Part shown: in pieces, positions 40,719 through 48,997 of the stretch | Layout: every line of letters begins with the position of its first letter | Position numbering within the stretch: the stretch's first letter is position 1 | Source: Candidatus Staskawiczbacteria bacterium | Lineage (GTDB): Bacteria > Patescibacteriota > Minisyncoccia > Minisyncoccales > Staskawiczbacteraceae | Direction: 5' to 3' | Assembly (NCBI GenBank): GCA_943357015.1 | Contig: CALRFZ010000001.1 | Coordinates: 1-52,776, forward strand | Length of the DNA stretch: 52,776 bases | Translations under genes and position numbers: made by a program | Notes under the pieces: generated by a model | Told to the model about the DNA's origin: nothing | The model's input: the letters and a program-made list of their open reading frames with translations, nothing else | Databases searched by the model: none

Positions 40719-41240
40719 ATGATATTTGTAGAAAAATATATGAATAAAATAATTTTTATATTGGTTTTAATTATTGCTTTGGTGTTGGTGGTATTTTTTA
40801 CGCAAAGATCAGGAATATTTAATGTGATTAAAATGGCTAATAATGGATCTAATATGTTGGATGATCAAATCTTGAATTTAAGTAATCAAGGATTAGTTAA
40901 GATTCCTGATTATGTATTTGGTCAAATAACTATAAAAGAGCTTAATGTTTCTCATAATCAAATACCGGGTTCAATTCAGGCTGAAATAAGAGTATTGCTT
41001 AATTTGCGAGTACTTAATTTAGGTTACAATAAAATGACTGGTGTACCAGCAGAAATTGGTCAATTGCAAAATCTTGAGGTTCTTGATCTTTCTTACAATC
41101 AAATCACCGGAATGCCTAATGAGCTGGGAAATCTAAAAAATTTAAAAACTTTAGATCTAAGGGGTAATCCATATTCTAAACAAGATTTTAATTATATTAG
41201 ATCTAAACTTCCTTTATCGGTTAATATCATTGTTGATTAG
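40719..41240 (+). CDS. Membrane-anchored leucine-rich-repeat protein
   Basis: N-terminal TM segment, then about five LRR units (L.L..N.I/L..P.E). Confidence 0.8.
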   Translation: MIFVEKYMNKIIFILVLIIALVLVVFFTQRSGIFNVIKMANNGSNMLDDQILNLSNQGLVKIPDYVFGQITIKELNVSHNQIPGSIQAEIRVLLNLRVLNLGYNKMTGVPAEIGQLQNLEVLDLSYNQITGMPNELGNLKNLKTLDLRGNPYSKQDFNYIRSKLPLSVNIIVD

Positions 41241-41259
41241 GTGGTTATAAAATAATTAT

Positions 41260-41847
41260 ATGAAAGAAATTGTCGCAGTTATTGCTTCGGTTATTGCTTT
41301 AGTTGGAAATGCTCCATATCTTTGGGATATTTTAAGTAAGCGAGTTAAACCACATCCATATACTTGGTTAGTTTGGACGATTGTTTCTGGTATTACATTT
41401 TTTGGTGGATTGGCAAAAGGGGCGGGAATTGGAGCTTTGCCAACAGGTACTGCCGAAATTTTCACTCTGATTATTTTTTTATTTTCTCTGCGTTACGGAT
41501 TTAAGCAAATTGCCAAGATTGATACATATTTTTTAATTATAGCGCTGTTAGGTTTAATTCCTTGGGCGTTAACTAAAGATCCGACAATATCGGTAGTTAT
41601 TGTAGTCTTAATTGATGCTATTGCCTTTATTCCAACTTTGCGTAAAACTTGGCGATATCCTGCAACCGAAACACCAGTATTATATAGTATGAATGTTTTA
41701 AGACACGTACTAACATTATTTTCTTTGCAAGCCTATAATATTGCTACCATTTTTCACTCGGTAGTAATGATTATTATTAATTTAGCAATGACAATGATTA
41801 TCGTAAATCCAAAAACTAACAACAGTAAATATGGAAAAAATTTATGA
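41260..41847 (+). CDS. Polytopic membrane protein, hypothetical
   Basis: 195 aa with about 6 hydrophobic segments. The antisense ORF 41256-41465 is judged spurious. Confidence 0.65.
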   Translation: MKEIVAVIASVIALVGNAPYLWDILSKRVKPHPYTWLVWTIVSGITFFGGLAKGAGIGALPTGTAEIFTLIIFLFSLRYGFKQIAKIDTYFLIIALLGLIPWALTKDPTISVVIVVLIDAIAFIPTLRKTWRYPATETPVLYSMNVLRHVLTLFSLQAYNIATIFHSVVMIIINLAMTMIIVNPKTNNSKYGKNL

Positions 41848-43066
41848 TGTTATAGTTATTGGTGGTGGTCCGGCAGGGATGATGGTAGCGGGAACGGCGG
41901 CCACGCGCGGTCGCCGTGTTTTGTTGTTGGAAAAAAATTCTAATCTTGGTAAAAAATTATTAATTACTGGAGGAGGAAGATGTAATTTGACTAACAATAA
42001 AACTGAGGTGCGCGCCATGCTTTCAAAATATAAGGGCAATGACCAATTTTTATTTTCTGCATTTACGCAATTTAGCGTTAAAGATACATTGGAGTTTTTT
42101 AATTCTCGGGGCGTAGCAACCAAAGAAGAAAACGAAGGTAGAATATTTCCCGTTTCAGATAGTGCCAAATCAATTTTTGATGTGTTGGTAAAGTATATGA
42201 AAAATGGGGAAGTAGAAATAAAAACTGGTATTGAAGTAAATAGTATTTTAAGGGAAGATGAGAATTTTATTATTGCTACAAAAAGCAATGGGATTTTTAT
42301 CTCTAAGGCCTGTGTTTTGGCTACGGGCGGAATTTCGCGCCCAGAAACAGGTTCTACTGGAGAGGGATTTTCTTGGTTAAAAAATTTGGGCCATACAATT
42401 ATTGAAAATGATTTTGCATTGGTGCCAATTGCCTTGTTTGACGATTGGGCAAAAAAACTTGGAGGCGTAAGTTTAAAAAATATTAAATTAACCACATTTC
42501 AAAACGACCAAAAACAATCTAGCGCTAAGGGCGATTTAATGTTTACTCATTTTGGTGTTACTGGACCATTAGCATTAAATATGAGTAAAGAAATTGGAGA
42601 ATTACTTAAATACGGTAAAGTAACAGCAGAAATTGATTTATTTCCATCTGAGGATGTTGGCTTGATTCGTAAAAAGATTCAGGAATTGTTGGCTTCTGAT
42701 CCAAATAAAAAGCTAAAAAATGTTTTGAGTAATTTAATTCCTGCTACGCTTTGCGATGCTCTCTTGAAACTGTCTAATATTAATGGAGAAACAAAAAATA
42801 ATTTAGTTAGTGCTAATGATCGCAAAAAGCTAGCTATTTTAGTTAAAAAAATTCCGCTAAATGTTTCTCATTTATTGGGCGCTAATAAGGCGGTAATTTC
42901 ATCTGGTGGCGTTGCTTTGACTCAAGTAGATTTTAAAACTATGCAATCTCGGTTAATTCCTAATTTATATTTGGTTGGCGATGTTTTAAATATTGATCGG
43001 CCAAGTGGTGGGTATTCTTTGCAATTATGTTGGACAACGGGATTTGTTGCGGGCTCGAATTGCTAG
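41831..43066 (+). CDS. HI0933/BaiN-like NAD(P)/FAD-dependent flavoprotein
   Basis: YDVIVIGGGPAGMMVAG, TGGGRCNLTN, GDVLNIDRPSGGYSLQ. Confidence 0.85.
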   Translation: MEKIYDVIVIGGGPAGMMVAGTAATRGRRVLLLEKNSNLGKKLLITGGGRCNLTNNKTEVRAMLSKYKGNDQFLFSAFTQFSVKDTLEFFNSRGVATKEENEGRIFPVSDSAKSIFDVLVKYMKNGEVEIKTGIEVNSILREDENFIIATKSNGIFISKACVLATGGISRPETGSTGEGFSWLKNLGHTIIENDFALVPIALFDDWAKKLGGVSLKNIKLTTFQNDQKQSSAKGDLMFTHFGVTGPLALNMSKEIGELLKYGKVTAEIDLFPSEDVGLIRKKIQELLASDPNKKLKNVLSNLIPATLCDALLKLSNINGETKNNLVSANDRKKLAILVKKIPLNVSHLLGANKAVISSGGVALTQVDFKTMQSRLIPNLYLVGDVLNIDRPSGGYSLQLCWTTGFVAGSNC

Positions 43067-43103
43067 TGGTTATTTTATTGGCAAGTTGTGTTAAAATTCC
43101 CAT

Positions 43104-44189
43104 ATGAAAAGAATAATTGCGCACTTAGATATGGACGCCTTTTTTGCTTCAGTTGAAGAGCAGAAACGTCCACACTTGCTTGGCAGGCCCATTGTGGTAG
43201 GATCGGAAATTATTGATGGTATTGGGCGCGGGGTGGTTTCTACGGCTAATTACAGGGCTAGGGAATACGGCATTAAATCGGCAATGCCTATTACTATGGC
43301 ATGGCGCCTTTCGCAAGAAGCTAAAAATCAAGGTAAGGAAGAAGTTATATTTTTGCCGGTTGATTTTAATTTGTATCATAAAATTTCTTTCCAAGTTTTT
43401 GAAATTATTAAAAAATATTCAAATAAGGTAGAACAGGCTAGTGTGGATGAATTTTATTTTGACTTAAGTTTTGCTGACACATTTTTGGAGGCTAAAATTA
43501 TTTGTAGCAAAATAAAAGCCGAAATAAAATCTAAAGCTGGTGTTACCTGTTCAGTGGGGATTGGTCCAAATAAATTAATTTCCAAAATTTGCGCAGGAAT
43601 TAAAAAGCCCGATGGTCTGCTGGTTATAGAGCCAAAAAATGTGCAGGATTTTTTAAATCCCTTAGATATTCGTGAGCTTTCTGGTATAGGGCCAAAAACT
43701 GCGCAAGTTTTTTATAAAAAAAATATTAAAACAATTAAGGATTTAAATACCTTTTCTTTGCTAGAATTAAAAGAGCTATTGGGCAAGCAAGGCGAAAAGA
43801 TTTATTCTAAAGTTCGTGGGATTGATAATGATTCAATTACAGAATGCAGGGAGGTTAAATCTATTGGCCAGCAAGTTACGCTCAACGTTAATTCTTTAGA
43901 TATTATGCTTATTGGTGATTTGTTTAATAAGTTGTGTGATAGTGTTTTTGAAAAATTTGTGGTTGGTAAATTTACTATGTTTAAAGTGATAACCATCACA
44001 GTTAGATTTGCCGATTTTAAAACACAAACCAGCGCTAAAAGTATTAAACTGGGAATTGGTAAAAATCAAAAAAAGTTATTTAAGATTGAAGCGTTAAAAT
44101 TACTATTACCATTTTTAGATACACAAAAAAATCCTCACCAAAAATTGATTAGACTTATTGGAATAAGAATAGAAAAGATAGTATTATAA
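43104..44189 (+). CDS. dinB: DNA polymerase IV (Y-family)
   Basis: IAHLDMDAFFASVEE, ASVDEFYFDL, SVGIGPNKLISKI. Confidence 0.92.
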   Translation: MKRIIAHLDMDAFFASVEEQKRPHLLGRPIVVGSEIIDGIGRGVVSTANYRAREYGIKSAMPITMAWRLSQEAKNQGKEEVIFLPVDFNLYHKISFQVFEIIKKYSNKVEQASVDEFYFDLSFADTFLEAKIICSKIKAEIKSKAGVTCSVGIGPNKLISKICAGIKKPDGLLVIEPKNVQDFLNPLDIRELSGIGPKTAQVFYKKNIKTIKDLNTFSLLELKELLGKQGEKIYSKVRGIDNDSITECREVKSIGQQVTLNVNSLDIMLIGDLFNKLCDSVFEKFVVGKFTMFKVITITVRFADFKTQTSAKSIKLGIGKNQKKLFKIEALKLLLPFLDTQKNPHQKLIRLIGIRIEKIVL

Positions 44190-44201
44190 TTTTAATAAGA
44201 T

Positions 44202-45305
44202 ATGAAAACTTTTATTTCAAATAATTATCAGTGGATTAAAAATTTTTACTTAAAACATGAAAGATTGTTAATGTCTGTTATGTTGGTGAGCGGATTTTTA
44301 TTTGATTTTGTCGCGTTTGTTAATATTGATATTGCTTTTAAATTTACGGTATTAGTTTTTTATTGGTTATTGTCGGGTGGCCTGATAGCTTTTATGCAGG
44401 CATACGATGGGGGTAAAATATCTTTACGCTTTCAATATGTTCGCTTATTTGCGCCACTGGTTTTGCAGTTTACATTTGGAGGATTGTTAAATATTTCTTT
44501 GATTTTTTACTGGTTTTCCGGCGCGTTTTCAGTTAGTTGGCCATTTATAATAATTATAGCTTTACTGCTTTACTTTAATGATACTTTTCGTCATTACTTT
44601 TCAAAACCATTAGTGCAAGTGAGTGTTTATTTTTTTATTACCTTTTCTTTATTTTCCTTAATATTGCCATTTTGGTTTGCATCACTAAATGTCTGGTTAT
44701 TTTTACTAGCAGGCGGGTTAAGTTTGATTATTTTTTTATTTTATATTTATGGTTTAACATTTTTAAATCACCAAACATTAGCGCAAAAATTTTCAATTTT
44801 CATTTCAATTATTTTTATTACAATTGCAATGAATTTAATGTATTTTACCAATATAATTCCACCGATACCTTTGGCCATGCGCGAAGCGGGGCTTTACCAT
44901 AGCATTGATTCAACTGGTTTAAATTATGTGATGACGGGAGAATTAGAAAGTTTTTGGCAAAATATTCAATCTGCAATTTTTGGACAAACGGTGCATATTT
45001 TTGGCAATGAAAAAATATATTTATATAATGCTATTTTTGCTCCCACTAATTTGCAAACTACAATTGTGCATCATTGGCAGTATTATGACAAAGAAAAGGG
45101 CAAGTGGTCTGATATGGGTAATTTAAAATTTATTATAAATGGAGGGCTTCAAAGTGGTTACAGGGGCTACTCTTGGCAAAGTAATTTAGAAGCTGGAAAA
45201 TGGCGCGTGTATGTTGAAAATATGCAAGGAAAAGTTTTGGCTAAGGTTAATTTTGTGGTTGAAAAGTCAGTTTTTCCAGTACAGTTACAGCAGGTTGTAA
45301 GGTAA
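44202..45305 (+). CDS. Membrane protein with C-terminal soluble beta-rich domain (DUF2914-like)
   Basis: The N-terminal two-thirds is polytopic. The C-terminus GKWRVYVENMQGKVLAKVNFVV resembles DUF2914. Tentative. Confidence 0.6.
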   Translation: MKTFISNNYQWIKNFYLKHERLLMSVMLVSGFLFDFVAFVNIDIAFKFTVLVFYWLLSGGLIAFMQAYDGGKISLRFQYVRLFAPLVLQFTFGGLLNISLIFYWFSGAFSVSWPFIIIIALLLYFNDTFRHYFSKPLVQVSVYFFITFSLFSLILPFWFASLNVWLFLLAGGLSLIIFLFYIYGLTFLNHQTLAQKFSIFISIIFITIAMNLMYFTNIIPPIPLAMREAGLYHSIDSTGLNYVMTGELESFWQNIQSAIFGQTVHIFGNEKIYLYNAIFAPTNLQTTIVHHWQYYDKEKGKWSDMGNLKFIINGGLQSGYRGYSWQSNLEAGKWRVYVENMQGKVLAKVNFVVEKSVFPVQLQQVVR

Positions 45306-45468
45306 TTTTTTTGTTATTTGTTTTTGGCAAAAGTATTTAAAATAGTTGGATGTAGTTATGGCGTTGCGCCACTTTGTTTGCTAAAGTTTTTGTAGATTAA
45401 GACGCGGGTATGTCGTCACACCGCTATTTGCTTTTTTTGTTTTTTTGTGTTAAAAATTACGTATGCGT

Positions 45469-45539
45469 CGCCCCTTGGAGGAGTAGTACCTCGGCAGTCT
45501 CATAAGCTGCAGGCCTCCGTGCAATTCGGAGAGGGGCAA
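45469..45539 (+). tRNA. Atypical tRNA, anticodon CAT, with initiator-like features
   Basis: Hand-folded cloverleaf:
- Acceptor stem: CGCCCCT / AGGGGCA, with a C1-A72 mismatch.
- D arm: U8, stem GAGG/CCTC (A11:U24), 7-nt loop AGTAGTA.
- Anticodon arm: stem GCAGU/GCUGC, loop CUCAUAA.
- Variable loop: 4 nt.
- T arm: stem CTCCG/CGGAG, non-canonical loop TGCAATT.
- Discriminator A; no encoded CCA.

It lacks the three G-C pairs that canonical initiators carry in the anticodon stem. Confidence 0.5.
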
Positions 45540-45540
45540 C

Positions 45541-45563
45541 AAATTTTGCGGGGCAAAATTTTA
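45541..45563 (+). terminator. Hairpin/terminator directly after the atypical tRNA
   Basis: aaattttgc (45541-45549) pairs with gcaaaattt (45553-45561), loop GGG, followed by a short T-run. Confidence 0.45.
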
Positions 45564-45623
45564 GTTGTTAGTCTAGTTTTTAGCAGTTAGGTTGGTTTAA
45601 AAATTGAATTACTTTGCATTATT

Positions 45624-45977
45624 ATGTATAATTTTGAGAAATTGATGGTTTGGCAGGAGAGTATGAAATTGGCTAAGATGTCTTATGAGTTGAGTGAAAA
45701 ATTGCCAAAAGAGGAGAGGTTTGCGCTCATTGACCAATTAAAACGTGCCGTCACTTCTATTTCCTTGAATATTGCCGAAGGGAGTGGAGTGGGGAGCAAT
45801 AAAGTTTTTTGTTCGTTTTTAGAAATCGCCACTAGATCTTTATATGAAACAATTACGATATTCAAATTAATAGAAAATTTATTTGGTATTAATTGTAAGA
45901 AAGAATTAACTCAGTGTGATTTGGTAAGCAAGATACTCCACGGATTGTTAAAAAGCGTGAGGTCTAAAAACTCATAA
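45624..45977 (+). CDS. Four-helix-bundle protein (23S rRNA intervening-sequence / S23-like family)
   Basis: MYNFEKLMVWQESMKLAKMSYELSEKLPKEERFALIDQLKRAVTSISLNIAEGSG is the canonical N-terminus of this family. Confidence 0.85.
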   Translation: MYNFEKLMVWQESMKLAKMSYELSEKLPKEERFALIDQLKRAVTSISLNIAEGSGVGSNKVFCSFLEIATRSLYETITIFKLIENLFGINCKKELTQCDLVSKILHGLLKSVRSKNS

Positions 45978-46013
45978 CTAAAAACCAATCACCATTTTGC
46001 ATCAGCAAAATCC

Positions 46014-46087
46014 GTCGGGGTAGCTCAGTTGGTAAGAGCGTGGCATTCATAACGCCAAGGTCGTGGGTTCGACTCCCACCCTCGACA
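46014..46087 (+). tRNA. tRNA with CAT anticodon (elongator Met, or Ile2 if lysidine-modified)
   Basis: Hand-folded cloverleaf:
- Acceptor stem: GTCGGGG / CCTCGAC.
- D arm: stem GCTC/GAGC.
- Anticodon arm: loop TTCATAA, with an A31-C39 mismatch in the stem.
- T arm: GTGGG TTCGACT CCCAC.
- Discriminator A; no CCA. Confidence 0.85.
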
Positions 46088-46159
46088 CAAGTATAGAAAG
46101 AAATAATCGCCACTTTTGCGAATGATAGCGGGCTTGCCCGCCGAAGCTCGCAAGCGTAG

Positions 46160-46238
46160 GCGGGCGTAGTCCAGCCCGGTTCAAGACGCCTCCCTGTCAC
46201 GGAGGAGATCGTGGGTTCAAATCCCATCGCCCGCGCCA
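46160..46238 (+). tRNA. tRNA-Asp (GTC), CCA encoded
   Basis: Hand-folded cloverleaf:
- Acceptor stem: GCGGGCG / CGCCCGC.
- Anticodon arm: stem CCTCC/GGAGG, loop CTGTCAC.
- T arm: GTGGG TTCAAAT CCCAT.
- 3' end: G73, then CCA. Confidence 0.9.
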
Positions 46239-46242
46239 GATA

Positions 46243-46357
46243 TATTTAGTATTGAGAGACCGATCGGCCCCAGTATGGTCGAAAAAAAAGTTCAAAAATC
46301 TATCGATTTATCCCGATAGGAAATTGAACTTTAATATCGGTTTCTCGTTATTAAATA
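46243..46357 (+). other. Structured element / candidate recombination site between tRNA-Asp and the recombinase gene
   Basis: The outer arms are 46243-46264 and 46336-46357. They are 18/22 complementary as DNA and 21/22 as RNA if G-U pairs count. They enclose a 42-nt imperfect palindrome at 46289-46330 (agttcaa..ctatcg..cgatag..ttgaact). No ORF. Confidence 0.4.
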
Positions 46358-46380
46358 CTAAGACGGTGCAACCGCAGCAA

Positions 46381-46407
46381 AAAAACACGATTATTATTCG
46401 TGTTTTT
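46381..46407. terminator. Bidirectional intrinsic terminator
   Basis: aaaaacacga / tcgtgttttt hairpin with an A-run and a T-run. It sits 7 nt beyond the recombinase stop codon. Confidence 0.7.
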
Positions 46408-46413
46408 TTGTTA

Positions 46414-47733
46414 CTACTTTTGTAGGGTTAGACCATCTTTTGTCAGCAGAAGTTTAATTCTCATATTTGAAAGCAACTCTCGTTTTTCAAGCATACTTCC
46501 TTCCTTAAGAATGTACTTTACAAAAGTTCGCAGGTCTACATTGCTGGCTGTCGCAGATTTACTTTTCTCCAAGCCTACCATCGTTTGAAATTTATTAAAT
46601 CGTTCCAGTTCTTCTTTCAGTCGTTCTTTTAATCCGAATTGATTCATGTCTATGGTATCAACTATTCCCAGCAACCATTCGATTAATATTTCTTCTCTTA
46701 AATATTGGCTCAGGCATTTTAAATCTCTTGATCTGGTGCAACCATAATATACGTACCTTGAAACAGTTACATCTTTCAATTTTTTGTATCTTTCTCCTGC
46801 TGTTATGCCTGACCCGCAGAGTCCGCAAGTTAACAATTTAGTGAAGGCAAATTCTCTGGTTTCTCTATTGATATGATCTCGCTTTAATTGTTCTTGGACT
46901 CTGTCAAAGAGCTCTTTTGATATGAGCGGAGTATGCTTGCCTGTGTACCAGTTTCCGCTATTTCTAGGATATTCAAATCTACCGTAGTAAAAGTGATTTT
47001 GTAATATCAGGTACACATTTGAAAGCGCCAAATGATGATTGCGGTTGGTCCGATAGTTTAGCTCAAACTTGAGCCAGTGATATAGTTTCCTACCCGACCA
47101 GTGGTCATTAGCAACTTTTTCGAACATTTGCTTTATGACGTCTGATCTATCTGGGTCTACGATAACATAACATTTTCTATCAGTCAGTTTCTCATTTAAA
47201 TATCCTGTTGGAGCAGTCGTGGGCCATAATCCCATTTCCACTCTGGTGCGAAGACCTCGCTTCACATTGATGACCCGATTATCGTTTTCCAGTTTGGCTT
47301 GGCTTCCCAGAATCATCAGCAGGAATTTCTCATTTGGGTTATTGGTAAATCTTTGGCCATGGGTTCGTATTTCTACTAATAGTTTCTGATCTATTAAATC
47401 TACCACAGATCCCAAATCGCCAGCGTTTCTGCTTAGCCTATCCGGTGCCCAAGTTAGGATGGCGTTGTATTTTCCCTCCCGGACCTCGTTGATCATTTCA
47501 TTAAAAACTGGTCGTTGGCCGACTTCCTTAGAAGAATGAGATTCTCGTTTTGTCTCAACTACCTCTAGTCCATCTTTCTGTGCCAGCTCCAGCATTTCTT
47601 TTATCTGGGATTCTATTGAGAGGGCTTGTCTGTCTTCTGCTTCGGTAGATTTACGGGCATAGAGGCAATATTTCAATCTAACAGAAGCAGGGAGTTGGGG
47701 AGTAGCTATTCTAGACGTTGTTGTTTCTTGCAT
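46414..47733 (-). CDS. Large serine recombinase (phage-integrase type)
   Basis: Resolvase catalytic domain (CLYARKSTEAEDRQALSIESQ with the catalytic Ser, then APDRLSRN), a recombinase domain, and a zinc ribbon (CGLCGSGITA...YYGCTR). 439 aa. Confidence 0.9.
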   Translation of the reverse strand: MQETTTSRIATPQLPASVRLKYCLYARKSTEAEDRQALSIESQIKEMLELAQKDGLEVVETKRESHSSKEVGQRPVFNEMINEVREGKYNAILTWAPDRLSRNAGDLGSVVDLIDQKLLVEIRTHGQRFTNNPNEKFLLMILGSQAKLENDNRVINVKRGLRTRVEMGLWPTTAPTGYLNEKLTDRKCYVIVDPDRSDVIKQMFEKVANDHWSGRKLYHWLKFELNYRTNRNHHLALSNVYLILQNHFYYGRFEYPRNSGNWYTGKHTPLISKELFDRVQEQLKRDHINRETREFAFTKLLTCGLCGSGITAGERYKKLKDVTVSRYVYYGCTRSRDLKCLSQYLREEILIEWLLGIVDTIDMNQFGLKERLKEELERFNKFQTMVGLEKSKSATASNVDLRTFVKYILKEGSMLEKRELLSNMRIKLLLTKDGLTLQK

Positions 47734-47918
47734 AGTTTTATGTTATTTAGTTTATATTATGCGACACTCCTTTTCGACCTTTTCTACATCAATGAATGAC
47801 GCAACGGTGCTAGGGAGTCCAGCCCCCATCAGTTGATAACTTTTTTCATCGATTTTTGAGGCAAAAAGTGATAAAAATAGGGGTAAAATAGGGTGCCCTT
47901 GACAAAACCCCAAAACCC

Positions 47919-47946
47919 TTGACATATACCTATAATATGCTATAAT
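47919..47946 (+). promoter_or_regulatory. Candidate sigma-70-type promoter for the DGR target operon
   Basis: TTGACA (47919-47924), a 16-nt spacer, then TATAAT (47941-47946). A second cccttgaca copy lies 20 nt upstream (47896-47904). Confidence 0.5.
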
Positions 47947-47997
47947 TAGAACATAGTGAAAATAGCACTTTTATAGCTTAAAATTACTTGCAAAAGA

Positions 47998-48051
47998 GCA
48001 GTCATAGCCAAAAGGCAATAGAATAAAGTATTGTTTTCTGGCTGTGACTGC
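47998..48051 (+). promoter_or_regulatory. 5'-leader hairpin of DGR target gene 1
   Basis: gcagtcatagcca (47998-48010) pairs with tggctgtgactgc (48039-48051), a 13-bp stem with one G-U. The homologous hairpin precedes target gene 2. Confidence 0.45.
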
Positions 48052-48104
48052 CAATTTGGTATGTCAAGCAAGAGATTGGCGAAAACCCAAAAGGAGAAAA
48101 CGCC

Positions 48105-48752
48105 ATGAGTATCCAGACTCAGACCAACAAGTTCACGGCCACGATTCTGCAGAATCTCCCGGAAGTTCCGGAAGACATCATGCAGAATTGGATCGAGAAC
48201 CCCAAGGCGCTCCAAAAGCTCCTTTCGGGTCTCGTTCCTCCGGTCAACGGTTCTGCCACCGAGTTCAAGATCTGGAAGACCCTGAAGCTCCGTACGGGCA
48301 TCGATGCCGATGGCTATCGCAAAACCATCAAAGGCAAGAAGGTGGGTAGCAAGAAGATGGACATCGGCGACTACGCCAACGACATCCTCGGCAAACCCGC
48401 GTTCGCCGTCGTCACGGAAGAAACCGAACTCGATCTCGTCGTGGTCAGTGTCGCCGAACTTGGTTTCAAGAACGGAGCCAAGCTGAAGGACATCTACGAT
48501 CGGGCCAAGGAGAAGGGTCTCCAGCTTTGCCCGAACCAGGTTGGTCCTGAACTGCGCTTGCAGTACGAAGACCAACCCAACGGTGAGTGGCTCGTGATCG
48601 GCATGGAGCCGATTACCGACTCGGACGGCGGTCTCTACGTGTTCTACGTCGAACACAATGTCAGCGATCTGTGGCTCAGCACGCACTATGACTACCCGGG
48701 CCTCCTCTGGTTCAGCAACGATCGCTTCGTGTTCGTTCTCCCGCGCAAGTGA
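48105..48752 (+). CDS. DGR target protein 1 (C-terminal variable region); family unassigned
   Basis: 215-aa ORF with an AAGGAG RBS 8 nt upstream. It is GC-rich with GC3-biased codons. The last 46 codons are VR1. About 55-60% identical by eye to the next gene. No signal peptide or TM segment. Confidence 0.85.
   Translation: MSIQTQTNKFTATILQNLPEVPEDIMQNWIENPKALQKLLSGLVPPVNGSATEFKIWKTLKLRTGIDADGYRKTIKGKKVGSKKMDIGDYANDILGKPAFAVVTEETELDLVVVSVAELGFKNGAKLKDIYDRAKEKGLQLCPNQVGPELRLQYEDQPNGEWLVIGMEPITDSDGGLYVFYVEHNVSDLWLSTHYDYPGLLWFSNDRFVFVLPRK
48612..48748 (+). repeat. DGR variable region VR1
   Basis: 137 bp collinear with TR 50029-50165. I count 15 mismatches by hand, all at TR adenines (for example AAC to TAC, AGC, CAC, CTC or TTC). 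The 3' A-free tail tcgcttcgtgttcgttctcccgcgc is identical. Confidence 0.9.
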
Positions 48753-48848
48753 TCTTCAAGTTGTCTCTGGTAACTTGGAATCTGTGCTCTCTGTTGAGCA
48801 CTTGGTTTCTTGGAACCATCGCAACAAGCTCTTCTTGCATTTTCCAAA

Positions 48849-48932
48849 GGCCGCGGTCAGTTAACCATACTGATTCGCGGCCCCATTTCAGAGTAATTTA
48901 CCCAAAGTAGATTTTTCTGAAATGGGAAGCTC
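48849..48932 (+). terminator. Two consecutive hairpins downstream of target 1 (attenuator/terminator-like)
   Basis: Hairpin 1 is ggccgcg...cgcggcc (48849-48882), with an inner tcagt/actga pairing. Hairpin 2 is a 10-bp stem, ccatttcaga (48883-48892) with tctgaaatgg (48916-48925), followed by a T-rich tract. Confidence 0.55.
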
Positions 48933-48949
48933 TTTTATTTTTAAAAACT

Positions 48950-48997
48950 AGTCACAGCAATAAGTCCGTAACTTATTATTGATTTATTGCTGTGACT
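48950..48997 (+). promoter_or_regulatory. 5'-leader hairpin of DGR target gene 2
   Basis: Perfect 14-bp stem: agtcacagcaataa (48950-48963) with ttattgctgtgact (48984-48997). The 3' arm (gctgtgact) and the downstream leader (caagca..ggcgaaa.ccc..aagga.aaa.cgccATG) are conserved with target 1. Confidence 0.45.

Noticed and set aside
41842-42495. 217-aa minus-strand ORF
   Set aside because: It is antisense to the well-supported HI0933-like flavoprotein gene, and the sequence is low-complexity.
45993-46011. 7-bp hairpin attttgc/gcaaaat between the four-helix-bundle gene and tRNA-Met as a terminator
   Set aside because: It has no T-run and lies 3 nt from the tRNA 5' end. It is more likely incidental, or part of tRNA precursor processing, and there is not enough evidence to annotate it.
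45964-46227. 87-aa minus-strand ORF (MGFEPTISSVTGRR...)
   Set aside because: It is the antisense translation of tRNA-Met and tRNA-Asp, a classic artefact.
47946-48686. 246-aa ORF on the minus strand opposite DGR target 1, plus alternative-frame ORFs 48044-48349, 48119-48301, 48304-48486 and 48658-48864
   Set aside because: These are shadow ORFs caused by the high GC content, which leaves few stop codons. Their composition is low-complexity and rich in R, G, V and D, with no start context. The plus-strand frame has an RBS, a paralog and the VR/TR relationship.
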